Origin: Torpedo marmorata
Taxonomy: Eukaryota
Direction of reading: 5' to 3'
NCBI GenBank assembly: GCA_977017645.1
Contig: OZ360222.1
Span: 61,256,001 to 61,320,000 of the forward strand
DNA length: 64,000 bases
Position numbers and translations under genes: made by a program
Shown: positions 45,421-57,997 of the stretch, in pieces
Position numbering within the stretch: position 1 is the stretch's first letter
Layout: each line of letters opens with the position of its first letter
Notes under the pieces: model-generated
The model's input: the letters and a program-made list of their open reading frames with translations, nothing else
What the model was told of the DNA's origin: nothing
The model's database searches: none

Positions 45421-48400
45421 CTTCTCTATCGATCTGGATCACAGACTCAGTGTTTTTGCATATTGTGTCAGCGTCCGACAAAAGTGCTGCGTTCTCAACA
45501 AAATGGGAAGATGGGTTGATGCCCAGCTAGATAACTCTCGTGCGATGTAACTTTATGCAGAGTGCTATTTTTGGGTATTTTCAGTAAGAATGAAGTTATA
45601 TAATATCACTCCAGTTCATGTTGGGCGCTTATTAGTCACTGTTTCTTCGACTACGTGTTTATCTATATGTAAAAAAGCCTTTCTAACTCAAAATATAGTA
45701 TTCCGTTTTCTTATATCTGCTAGTTGCTGTGTCTTTCTCTTCAAAGTATTATAATATACTTATCCATAGAAATGTAGTAAACGACGCCGAGACTGCCAAA
45801 GTGGAAAAAGAATACCGGATTTGTCTCTTATGCTGGATCTTGTAAACAAAAGTTTTTGAAGTTATAAACGCTAAACATTTAGCGTTTATGAACCTTGGTT
45901 TCAAAGACGGGATGGAGGACTGCACATGCGATTTTTTTTTCTAGGTAGACTATTTCACACAGTAACCACATTTGAGGAACATATTTGCAGCAATTGATAT
46001 AGGCTAATTATACAAGAAATGGGGATTGAGACACTAACTTCCTCCTATTTATGGCGGCAAATGAAAACAGTAAATACGGGGACTCGCCATTTAATCAGCT
46101 AATCATATTACAGCTCCTCCCCGTGAATCTTAAGTTCATTGTGAAGTGTTGAAAGAAGTCTTTATTTGCATGACCAACAGTCCACCAGCAGCACCTTCGC
46201 ACTAATGTCGTTCATTGCCCCGGGCTGTTAATTCAAGCGTGAATTAAAAATAGAACTGAGCCCTGAACTTGTTTTCACTTGTGAAGTTTTTGAAATCTAT
46301 CCCTGTGTGCTTTGGATAACTGATGGAGAATTTCCATGACGAATTTTCTGGCAACTAAAACGAGATTTAAACGAGGCCTAACGGTTAAATGAAGAAGCTA
46401 ACAAGCATAACTAAACGACCAATCGTTTTGCAATTTGATTGATAAGCATTGATTAATCTTGCTTATACAAAAGTATGCAAGTACATAGAATTATAATAAA
46501 CGTCATAGAAATAGGGATAAGCTTTCCAAACTTTCGAAAGTTATGAATACTTAGTAGGGACAAGTTGATTTTCTGTTACTTTGGCGATGAATAGAGAGAT
46601 TCCTATTTTGTTCTGTTTCTATAAATGTAGTTATTATTAATTAAATTATTATAGCTACAACCACGAACATAGGACCAATGCCACTGATGAGCTATTATTT
46701 GTTTTTTTTTAATGTAAAGTTTGTTTTGACGCTAATCTTTTTGACTACTTGGCAACGATGTGTTTCTCGATGACAGTTGAATCTTTTTGTACTATGGGGT
46801 TTGTGTGAGGGACGTAATCTTTCCGCCGCGGACGTCTATTTCTATTGAAATCCATCTGAGAAGTAAAACTCTTAAAAAGTGAAAAGAAGTTTTGATTACA
46901 TAATTAAATTGCGATGCTTTAATAGTAGAATTTTGATATCACCTCTCCTATTCGGTTAATTATTTCTTTTCTTGATTTTGAAGAAAGCAAGTTAGAATTT
47001 ACGAAGTCAACACAGTGTTTGGATATTTCAAAGTTAAACCTGTTCAGAACATTGGGTCATAATTAAACTATATTTTAAATACTGCACTATGTTAAGATTA
47101 TATTTTTAAATGTTTGCAATATTACACTGTATTAATACCTGGGTTGGGAAGTTTTATTGTTTAATATACGTACATGGGTGTAAACATTATTTATGAGATG
47201 CAATTCAGAAATATCTGAAAGCTCTATTAATGGATTTAGATTCAACCTTCGGTAGTTTTATTCATTTTTCATCGAATATACCACACCGGAGAGAAAGGGG
47301 ACCCAAATAAAAGCCCGCCACACAAAAGTGACTGCAGCTTTTGCTTGAAATCCTGCACAAATGTCGGGCAGACTGTGTTGATTGAGGGCAGGGAGAGAGA
47401 AGGAGCAAAATGCGGAACTGGATTCTTTCTGGAGCTGGGTTTGCAGGAAGGAAGCAGTACATGGCTCCGCGGAGAGGCTGCGAGCATGCGCTCTCTCGCC
47501 CTGCTACTTTCAAAGAGTGAGCTGAGCTCAGCTGCCAGAACAAATCGTGTCAGGCAAGGAGAGATAACATCCACTTATTAGTGAAATCTCCTTGAAATAA
47601 TAGCCTGTAGTTTGAAAGTGGTTGCGCTGGCACTATATGCCTTTAAATAATGTTTTTCAATGGAGATCTTAGGACGTTTAATTGAAGAGTAGAGAAAGTC
47701 CACTGATTTTGGATTCGTTTGTTCTTGGGTAGTCGATTGAGACGTAAATCAATGAAAATCCGAATCTAAGCTTTCTGACTTGCTAAATCCCCCTGCCCCA
47801 GAAAGATATGGCCTATCGCACGTACCGAGCTTGAGCAGCTTCCTTCTGCTTGCCCAATACCGATTATTATCGACGGGTCTTCTTCAAACCTCCATTAGTT
47901 TATTATCCATGATGAGTCTAGCTGTTGATTAAGATGAAATTAATCTAAAGCCAATGAGCTTTTATTCACCCTGCTCAAGACTTCGGCCTGAGATACAAGT
48001 CAAACAGATGGCATGGGCTGCATTTGACTTTGATATTCCACTTGGGCGCTGATGTGCCAAATGCACTAACTCACTCAAGAAGCGCAGCAAGGGGGCTGCA
48101 GCTGCTGCCTCTCGGTGCCTGAGTGCGGAGTATGGGCCCTGAAACCTTAAATATAACATACCATCGAAAAGGCCCTTCCACAACCACAGCAACGTGGCCA
48201 TTTACTACTTACACGAGGAGGCGCCTAACTCTGCGTCTATTTACAGCATCCGCCGTTCTGTTCAGAATCCAGAAGTCTACAAGACGCACCCACCCTCCCA
48301 TTTGAACAGTCTTATTGCCAAACAAATACACGCTTGCAAAATATTTTGCTACCACACTATCATAATGATTTGATGGTGATTCATTTATTTACTGAATGGT

Positions 48401-51400
48401 TTCAGCTTGACTTTAAACTGGCTCATTGCGGTGGCCCCAAGGGAAAAAAATAGTTGAGCTATGATTTTGGTCTGTTCTGATCTTACGCTGATTTGGCAGT
48501 TTAGGAGAGCAGTTATTTTATTATTCGTGTTTAGTCATGCAGTTCATACTGCAGCACTATGGTGAGCTCGGGTGACTTAGGGATAGCCGGGCAGCTGGAG
48601 ATTTTCCAGAAAGGGAAGAAAGATAAAGGTACTGTATTATAATATTCCGATAGCTCTAAGTCCAATGAATTCCACGGTATTTTTCAGCACCGTAAAAATC
48701 GCACACATACGTGATGTCTTTCCCGCGGACACATGACATTTGGTGTTTTTTTAATGGAATGGAATGATGGCAATGTCTAAAAAAATTAGTAGCTTTTAAT
48801 TCATTTTAATTTACAAAAAAATGATCATGAATAATGGGAACAAGCCGTTTTTTATGAAATTTAAAATTTTCATTAAAACCACCATAAAACTTATTTAAAT
48901 CATCCTATTTGTTCACCTAATGTTGGTAGCACATTGCCGATTACTAGCTTTTTTAAACATTAAAACATGCGTGGAGACGCTGGCAGCTACACGTATAACG
49001 GAACTTCATGGTACCCCGAGATTCTGCAACTTTATATCAGCATTTAAAAAATGTACTTTTAAGATGTATAATTTAATAAGAAAAATTATTCTGGATTTGC
49101 CGAATAACTTGTCGCTTCCTTGTTTCTAATTATAATAAATTTCTCTTCTAACTTTAGAAGATTAGGGTGCACAATTGTTTTAATTAACTAGTGTATACTT
49201 TCTTGCCCCAGGATTTTCAGGGTCGTTTTTATATTTTACATGTTTTTTTTTATTGGAGAGGCAGTCGTGGGATATGCAGGTGGTAAGAGTTGTAGGGTGG
49301 CTCTTTGAGTGAAAATTCAGAACATTAAAGCACACGCACTCCAGCAATCTCAGAGTTTGTTTCTGTGTTCATCAGCAATGCTTCGAATCGCTGAGACATC
49401 TTTAATCGAAAATAATTACTTTTAATTAATAAGCAGAACGTTTTTCCATAAAGTTTGTATTGCTAATTAATATCAGAAAACATGCGGTGGTGAATTTGTG
49501 CTGAAAACGTTATCTGTCAGTCGATTTCTTTCACTTCACTGCACAACACATTTGATTCTTCTTTCGCTGTTATTGCTCATTCTTTACATAAAAATGTTTA
49601 AGACTATTCGGATTTAAAACTGTAATTCTATTAAATAGTAATTGAAGGATATGATACAGGATCAACTACTACATAAGCCGTCCGTTTGAACTTTGATTTG
49701 TTGCCTCACACAGATGGGATCATGGCCTTTCCAGGCAGATTGAGAAATCCAGACATGCAAAGTCTGCAACAACCGTTTAATTAATTTTTCTTCATTTAAA
49801 CGAAGAAAATTAATAGAATATTCGCTCCGTTTCGAGACAATTTCGGAATGTTAATACTTCGCCATCCCTTTTGTGGATTAGTTTGAATTAAACACTTTTT
49901 TTTTTGTAGATTGTAATTTAAATATTGGATCCCGTATCTATAACTGCTATTACTCCTCAAAGATAGACTATTTGTCGATGATTTCATTTCGGTTGTTTGT
50001 AGATGAAGATTCATTCGTGTGTTCTGGACCATTTCCAAGTGGCGGCTATAAAGTTTATTGTTGGATCTATACTGATCGCCAAATCCGAAAAAAACATCAT
50101 CATTATATTGGTATTCTCAGGAGGATTATAAAACGATTTGTTGGTTGGTTTATTATTAATTCGCAGGTTCATAGATTGTTTTCATCAGTAGCTTCGAATC
50201 CTGATATTAATCTGACATGAAGCAATAAGCCACTGATGTAACATAACGAAATAAATGAGCTATTCTCCATTTAACTTTTCAGAGGTAGAAGAATTTTACC
50301 TAAAATATAAATTAATTTGAAATAATACAAAACTTAAATGTGACTTTTTCAATGCAGTATCTAAATTATGAAATAAATATACCAAAGCTTATGAGCGCAA
50401 AAAATCTTGATTATTAAAACTTCCACCAAGTTTACTTAACTGTGCGCTGTGCGGGTATGTGAACACCTGGTTTTAATTTTTCAAATGTCACTGTTACATC
50501 TTTGAATATATCAAATATGGAGTGATCTATTTTTATTTTCCTTATATCAAAAATCTGATGCGATTTTTAAAATATATTATAAACCTTGCTTTTTCATGTT
50601 ATCTTCCCATCTCTACGAACATACAATATATATATATATATATATTATACATAAAGAAACATATTTCACACCATATACTCAAACTACTTCCTTTAGATAA
50701 GGTTAAAAGTTGCAAACATTTTTATCAGCAAATCTTAAGTAAATGGTTACAGACGTTCAAAAAGTGCCAGTACTGTTGTTTTACGTTGAATTTTAATTAA
50801 TTATAATTACGAAAAAACATCAAGTTACGGAAAGAATAATTTCACATTGGCTTGCAGTTACGTATTTAAATCAGTCAAACGGGAACTCCGAGCTGCCTGC
50901 ACAGAAACGACGAGGTCGATGTTGTATGAGTCATGTTAGATAATACATAATACATCAACAAATTGAAGTATTAAATATTACAACACATTTCAGCACTATG
51001 TTCATTATATTCAATGCTCTAATAGGTCCATTTTATCTTCTTGTGTTTTGAAATACAATCTACTTTGACAGGTCGAAGGCACACATTTGCTATGGCGTTT
51101 GGATGTGTAACTAAGCAACACGCATTACTCACTAATAATGTGCACAGATAAGTGCATGATATGTCTTTAGAGTTAAGGAAACGATACAAGTTTTTGGAAA
51201 GTTGCATGTTGTTGTAAAACAGTGTGCTCATCAATCGTTTAGATTTTTCTATGATGTCCAATATATGTGCTCTCTTTCTCTCTGTTTAACGTGTGGCTTT
51301 CCTTCTTCGCTTCACAAGGTTTGCCTATTCAATTATTCGTTTGGGAATGTTTTTGAATGGACTTCATATGATATATCCTCTTCCGAACAACATACTTCGT

Positions 51401-52619
51401 TGTCTCACCTCCGCAATTTCGCTTTCCCTGAGCCAATCTATTTAACCACTTGTGTGCCTAAACCTTGCTCTCCAATCCGTCTTAGTTGTTTTTTGTGAGC
51501 ATAAGAGTACAGGTGGATGTCTGATGACCTGCAGTTCGCGAACCCTCCATCTTGTGGATCAAAATAGGCAAAGTAAGTTCTTCCAGTACATCCGCGTTAG
51601 CGGTTTCTCGGGGAAGCCAATTGATGCACAACGGACGAGTTTCCAATTATTCTTCCCCTGTTTCCTGCTATTTACAAACTGGACATTTACATCTTACTCG
51701 GTGCAGAGGGACTGCTGCCTGGTTATCTGGACTATCGGGAAATATGTCCACAGTTTTGCATGTGGTTATGTACTTGTCGAAGTGTGTGGTTAGGTGCACT
51801 TGTACAAGAACGTAGTATATGCACGCTCATGCTCAACTTACCCGTGTATGTGGTGAATAGGTATTATTTTCTTGATTATTTTCTTCATTCGTCTGACTGC
51901 TCCCTTTTCAAACAAACACTTGTAGAAACACCGCTAAAGTACAGGAGGGTAAAACAAAACTGACTGGTATGTAACTACATCTTTCTTCTCAGTTGAGCTG
52001 CCCGTACACACTTGGACATTTCACCCGAGAAAATCCTCACTTGATCAATTGCAAGTCCTCTTGCTGACCTCCTTGTCTGGCTGGATAATTGCTCTCTATC
52101 CATATATATTGTTTACAAATTTATGAACGTTTACACATTTCGACTTCTGTCTGTAACATTGATTTTGCTATTCATGTATTTGGACAAAATAATGCACATC
52201 ATTAATGCTCTCCTGGGACTCCAGGTATATTTTGTAAGTGTATTTCTGGCCCTCTGTGTTAGGCGTTAGGTTTTGTGCTTTATGAAGATATTATACAGTA
52301 CCCGTATCTTGCCTTAATGCGGCCCTCAGTCTCATTCTCTATTGGAGGTGGTGGAGAAGGGTGAGGGTCGTTAAAAAGTCTGCCCGCGGTTCTCATTTTC
52401 ATCCAACCCGCGAGTTCTGTTAAACGCAGAGAATATTTGCGCATTCAAGCTGGAGCGGCCGCAGCAGGCGGGTCAGGACAATAATTGAAGAACTCAGTCT
52501 CGAATATTCAAATTTGCACATCCGCAGGATTCGCCTTGACAGGAAAGGTAGCGCCCCACCCTGAATCCGGACTTGCAGTGGATATCATCAACATTGATAC
52601 AAAATAATCAAATGAATAG

Positions 52620-52915
52620 GTAGGGGAGGTGGTAAGAATCTTTTTTCTCTTGTTGAGGGTGTCTTAACTGGAGAGGGAGGCTGGGAGATTTAAAACGGAA
52701 ATTTTTTCACATGTAGAGTGGTTGGAACGTGGACTGTACTGCCCCGGGTGGGTGTCCGCATTAAGGTATTATCTCAATATCTCAACAAACATCCAGACAA
52801 GCACTTGAGTCGCTAAGGCAAGTGAGCTACGGGTCAGATGCAGGTAAATGGGATTAGCAGAGTTGGCATGGACACAATCGGCTGAAAGGCTTGTTTCTTT
52901 GTTGTACGAATCTAT
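52620..52915 (+). mobile_element. Old CR1-type 3' fragment
   Basis: TTTTTTCACATGTAGAGTGGTTGGAACGTGGA..., GCAGGTAAATGGGATTAG, GGCTGAAAGGCTTG. Confidence 0.65.
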
Positions 52916-53637
52916 GACCCTCTACGTTTAATGTCAGTTGTCCAGCATCTCCTCTTGCACACATATGTTTCCAACCAGGAATATTTGTTGCCAGCTACTT
53001 CCTGATTGGAGAGCCTGTTTGAGTCGGTATGGACAGGTTCAGTTAGTCTCCATGGGAAGGACTCCAGTTTCTGCTGCTAACCTTTGCCAACTGCGCTGAT
53101 GCAACAGACACTGACACAGATGACACAGCATCGAGTCTGTGGCAAATCCCCATCTCTGGCCATCAAGCCTGTGAGAAGATTTGAGGGAGGTTGGGACTGT
53201 TGTCAGCGAACCCACCGTAACCCGGAGAACCAGCACAGTTCCTGTTTGCGTGCGACCGTGTGTGGAACAAGTTTAACTTCAGCACTTTCATGTATTCTGG
53301 GCTTTGCATCAACACTATACGTATGCATCATAAATTAGATTTGAACGTGTTTAACTTTGGACGTGAGCGTAAAGCCAAGCTGGCCGTCATCGCTCCTCGA
53401 AGGGGTTTATTTTATCTTCCGTCTGGCTGGGCCTCGCTCTTGAGTTAAAATGAGACTGGACATTCGGTCTACCCAGCCGCCCTCCGCACCAGCTGGTTAT
53501 ATTGTTCTGCCCTTTTCCCCCTTTCCACTCTTTTTCCATCCACCTGTCCAAACTACTTTTGAACTTTGGCACAGATTTTGTATGAACCCTTCGAAGCGGC
53601 TGCCACAGTCCCACAAGATGGAATTGATACTAAGATC

Positions 53638-53995
53638 GGGCCTTTTCACACCGCCGATTCCTGCCAACCCTCCAAGGAACCGGGTAAAGTTCCCGGGAAG
53701 GCCTTTCACACTGCAGCATGAATTACCTGGTAAATCGGCAACCGGGGATTTTAAGCTCCAGCGGTGACATTGCGAGAGCAGGTTGTGCTTTCACATCGCC
53801 AGAAGGTGATTGGCGGGTTAACTCTGCCAGGCTCCGAGACTATCCCCCCCCCCTCCCCCCACCTCCCCCATGTCTCCCAGCAGGTTGAATTTGACCTGCC
53901 CTGTCCAGTTGGGATGTTTCACACCGCACGATTACTGGGTACATTACTGGGTAAATTGCCCGGTTAACCCACATGTACTCAGTGGTGTGAAAGGG
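53638..53995. mobile_element. Non-autonomous DNA transposon (MITE, PIF/Harbinger-like)
   Basis: Imperfect TIRs GGGCCTTTTCACACCGC / GTGGTGTGAAAGGG, internal repeated TTTCACAC and CCGGGTAAA-like motifs. TSD not clear. Confidence 0.55.
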
Positions 53996-54282
53996 AATAC
54001 AGTCTATATGGGAATATGTGTGACTCTTGGTGTAATGGAAGCTTATGAGAGTGAGAACAGTGTAAATGTGAGCAATTACATTTATGAACAAAATATCTCA
54101 AGTGCGTCTGCGTTTGTTAATGCCAATGCAATTGGGAGCATGAACATAGGAGCCGTCTTATTGGTGTAACACTGAGAAGATATCTTACTGCAGCCGAGAT
54201 TGCACATGGATCTAAGATAATGTAGTGCAAATTAACCAAAAGCAAGTGATTGTGAAATAGCTTCTCTTAACATTTATGTAAA

Positions 54283-54680
54283 TATCAAAGACCCACACCA
54301 CCCAGCACACACTCTGTTCTCTCTGCTGCCATCAGGAAAGATGTATAGGTGCCACAAGACTCGCACCACCAGGTTCAGGAACAGCTGCTACCCCTCTATC
54401 ATCAGAATCCTCAACGACAAAGTCAATCAGAGACTCATTTAAGGACTCTTGTGCACTTTATTGATTTTCTTTGCTCTCCCTGTATTGCACAGTCAGTTTG
54501 TTTACATTCGTTATCTGCTTACAGTTCTTTTGATTGTTTACATGTTTACGCTGTGTACAGTTTTTTTTTGCACTACCAATTAGTGGTAATTCTGCCGTAC
54601 CCTCAGGAAAAAAGGAATCTCAGGGTTGTATGTGATGTCATGTATGTACTCTGACAATAATAAATCTGAAATCTGAAATA
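54283..54680 (+). mobile_element. Rex1/Babar-type LINE 3' end
   Basis: IKDPHHPAHTLFSLLPSGK..RTTRFRNSCYP and a short-repeat tail AATAAATCTGAAATCTGAAA. Confidence 0.85.
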
Positions 54681-55865
54681 TATGAGCTTGGTAAAACTGC
54701 GTGTGTGAAATATCTGTGTGAGTCTGAATGTTAAAATGAGCTCAGCGTGTCAGTGAACTGAATGTACTCGCTATAACAGCTCAGTCTAAATATAAATTAG
54801 TTCCATGTGACTGGATTATACATAAGCCAAATGGTAACTCTGAGAGTGAAGTATAAAAATTAACTCAGAGTAACTTGATGAGAATGCGCCATGTGACCTG
54901 AATGAGCTCAGTGTGACTCTTGGTATATAAATAAACATGGCGTGACTGTGCGCATGTGTAATTGACCTCAATATGACAGTGAATGTGTGAATGAGTACCG
55001 TCTCCATGAGTGTATAAATGAACACTGTGTGGCTCTGAGACATTGTGGAGTATACTTCTGTGTACATAATAGTGTGTATATAGGTTCGGCTGACAACACA
55101 CCAGTGAGTTAAATGTTGCTCTGGGCATGTAAAAGAGCTCAGAGTAACTATGAGTGTAAGTGTAAGTGTGCAAGTGCAAATATCATTTGCGTAAGACCTC
55201 AGTGTGATGATGTATGAATGTTCATTGTAAATATGGTGTATAAATGAACTCTATGGTTTCTATGTTATCATGTAAATGAGCCTGATATATCCGTGAATGG
55301 AATATATAAGTGAGCTCACAGACTATGAACATTAACAAATTCACAGTACCATAAACAGACAGTGGCAATCATATTGAAATAAGATCACTGTAACTCTGAG
55401 TGTGTAACCTCCATTTAACTTTGTGTGAATAACGTCTGTGTGGCTCCGTGTGAATGGGCTCAGCATGGCTCTGGGAATGTGCTTAGTGATATTCAACATT
55501 CATTCCAGCTCAGTATAACAGACAATGTGAAGAGCTTAGTGTAAACAAGCCAAGTTTAACTGCAAATGTGTAAAAGTGTTCAAAGTGTATAAGTGTGCAC
55601 ATGAGCGTACCATAACTGTGAAGGGGAGTGTGGATGAGTTCATTGTGCCAGTGAGTTGGCAAATGAGTTCAATGTAACAGCCGGAATAAATGAGGCCAGT
55701 GAAACTGTGAGAACATGAATGACTGTATAACTGACGTTGGTATAACAGTGTAAATGAGTTTCATGTGTTGTGAGCATGAAACTTACTTGAGCTCAGCATA
55801 ACTGTGAATAGTGTCTCAATGAGCTTATTTATAGTGTACCAAAATGAAAATGTGTATAAAATATC

Positions 55866-57430
55866 TCTGATGCTATAGCCTTGTCGCTTCAATCCATCCT
55901 GGCCCATCTGGAGAACAAGGCCTCATATGCCAGGCTGCTGGTCATTGACTTCAGCTCGGCGTTAAATACCATAATTTCCCAGAGGCTGGTGGAGAAGCTG
56001 TCCTCACTGGGACTCAAAACCCCTCTCTGTAACTGGAGCCTGGACTTCCTAACGGAAAGACCAGTCTGTCCGGGTCGGTAGCAGAACGTCAAGCATCGTC
56101 ACGCTGAGCACTGGTGCACCTCAGGGCAGTGTGCTCAGCCCGCTCCTGTTCACGCTACTGACCCACGACTGCATCGCCAGATCCAGCTCCAACAGTGTCA
56201 TCAAGTTTGCAGATGACACAACAGAGCAACGATGAGTCGCACGACAGAGAAGAGGTGGAAAATCTTGTGAAATGGTGCGAGAGTAACAACCTGATTCTCA
56301 GTGTGGACAAGGCGAAGGAGATGATCATGGACTTCAGGAGGACCAGGAACGATCACCCTCCACTACTCATCAACTACACTGTAGTAGAGAGAGTGGAGAG
56401 CGCTAAGTTCCTTGGAGTTCACTTAACTAGTGACCTATCGTAGACACTCAACATCTCCTCACTTGTTAAGAAGGCACAACAGCGACTGGGCTTCCTGAGA
56501 AGACTGAAGCGGGCAAGGCTACCAGCCACCATTATGTCAACCTTCAGGAGCTCTATCGAGAGTGTCCAGGCTGGCTGCATCACAGTGTGGTACGGTTGCT
56601 GCAGAGAAATGGATCTGAGGTCAATCCACAGGACCAGAAGAGTAGCAGAGAGGATCACTGGAGTCTCCCTTGCCCCCATCGACATGAGCTAGCAGGATTG
56701 TTGTCTGAAGAGGGTGGCCAAAATCATTGAGGGCCCATTCCACCCTGCACACAACATCTTTCAGCTGCTCACGTCGGGGAAGAGATCCAGGTGTATCAGA
56801 GCCAACACCGCCAGGCTAAGGAACAGTTTCTTCCCACGGGCAGCGAGAATGCTGAATGACCAAAGGAAATGCTCACACTAACCATCCCAGACTCTCAAAT
56901 GTACAAAACAATATTTTGTAATGGCACTGATTTACCACAGCTTACAAACAAATAAAGAATACACTCACTCGTTTCTTTCAGCACACCATGAAGTCGATTT
57001 TCTTTTATTATTCACTGGACACAACATTGCATTCTTCAACTCCCCAAACACCACCCAGCTAAACTCCTCTGACCACCTCATTGTCTCATTGCCACACGGG
57101 TGATCCCGACACTCTCACTCTCCTCCTCCTGCATCTGAGACTCATCACCTGTATACTGACGCTTAATACACCCGCGCGTGCGCGCTATTACCCCCACGTG
57201 TCGCGTCGCTTACGTCATCAGCGGCGGTCGGCAGCGCTCCTGACGAAGGTAAGTACGCGACTGTGACTATTTATTTGTATAGATGAAATACTTGTCCTGC
57301 ATATGTATTGTTTGTATGTGTATTATGTCTGGTTGTGTGTCTGCATGTTTTCCACCGAGGACCGGAGAACGCTGTTTCGTCGGGTTGTACTTGTACAATC
57401 AGATGACAATAAACTTGACTCAACTTGATT
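55866..57430 (+). mobile_element. Rex1/Babar-type LINE, RT to 3' tail (split by a solo LTR)
   Basis: [52 protein letters not shown], and a CAATAAACTTGACTCAACTTGA tail. Confidence 0.9.
56917..57268 (-). mobile_element. Probable solo LTR (352 bp) with a 4-bp TSD
   Basis: ATTT flanks both sides (56913-56916 and 57269-57272). Ends are TGTAAT...GTGACT. Minus-strand TATTAA and AATAAA are present. The Rex1 3' UTR is continuous when it is removed. Confidence 0.68.
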
Positions 57431-57997
57431 ATGTCAATTAAGTCAGTGGCTGTATTTTATGAGAATGAGTCAGTGTGACAGCAGGTGTGCAAATGAGCCC
57501 AGTGTGAGTATGATTGTGTAAATGGGATCAGCATATTTCTGAAATCACAAAAGGGTTTGACTTGATATGTAAATGAGCTCAATATAGCCACAAGTGTTTA
57601 TATGTGAGCAAGTAAATGAATGTAGCTGTGAAGGCAATGAGTAAACTAACTATGGCTGACAGGTATCTAAGATCAGAGAAGCAGCTGATGTTTTAGGTCT
57701 GGTCTCTTCATCAAAAGTAGGAACGAGAGTGAAATAATTTCACAGGAGTGACACTGAGTGAGTAAACACGTTCAGTGTAACTGAAAATGACTTCTGTGTA
57801 TCTGTGTGTGAATGTTCTGTGTTACAGTAAAACTTTGGTGAGACATTGGATTAACAAATTAAACTCTGTATGACTATGTAGATAAGCCTGATGTATGTGT
57901 ACTGTATATACTTTCTATGTAACTGTGTGTGAATAACCTCAGTATGATAGTGTGTGAATGCGTTAGGTGTTACTGGAAGCATTTCATTAGCTTTGTA

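Noticed and set aside
57238-57265. CTGACGA as a possible hammerhead core
   Set aside because: No stem II or downstream GAAA.
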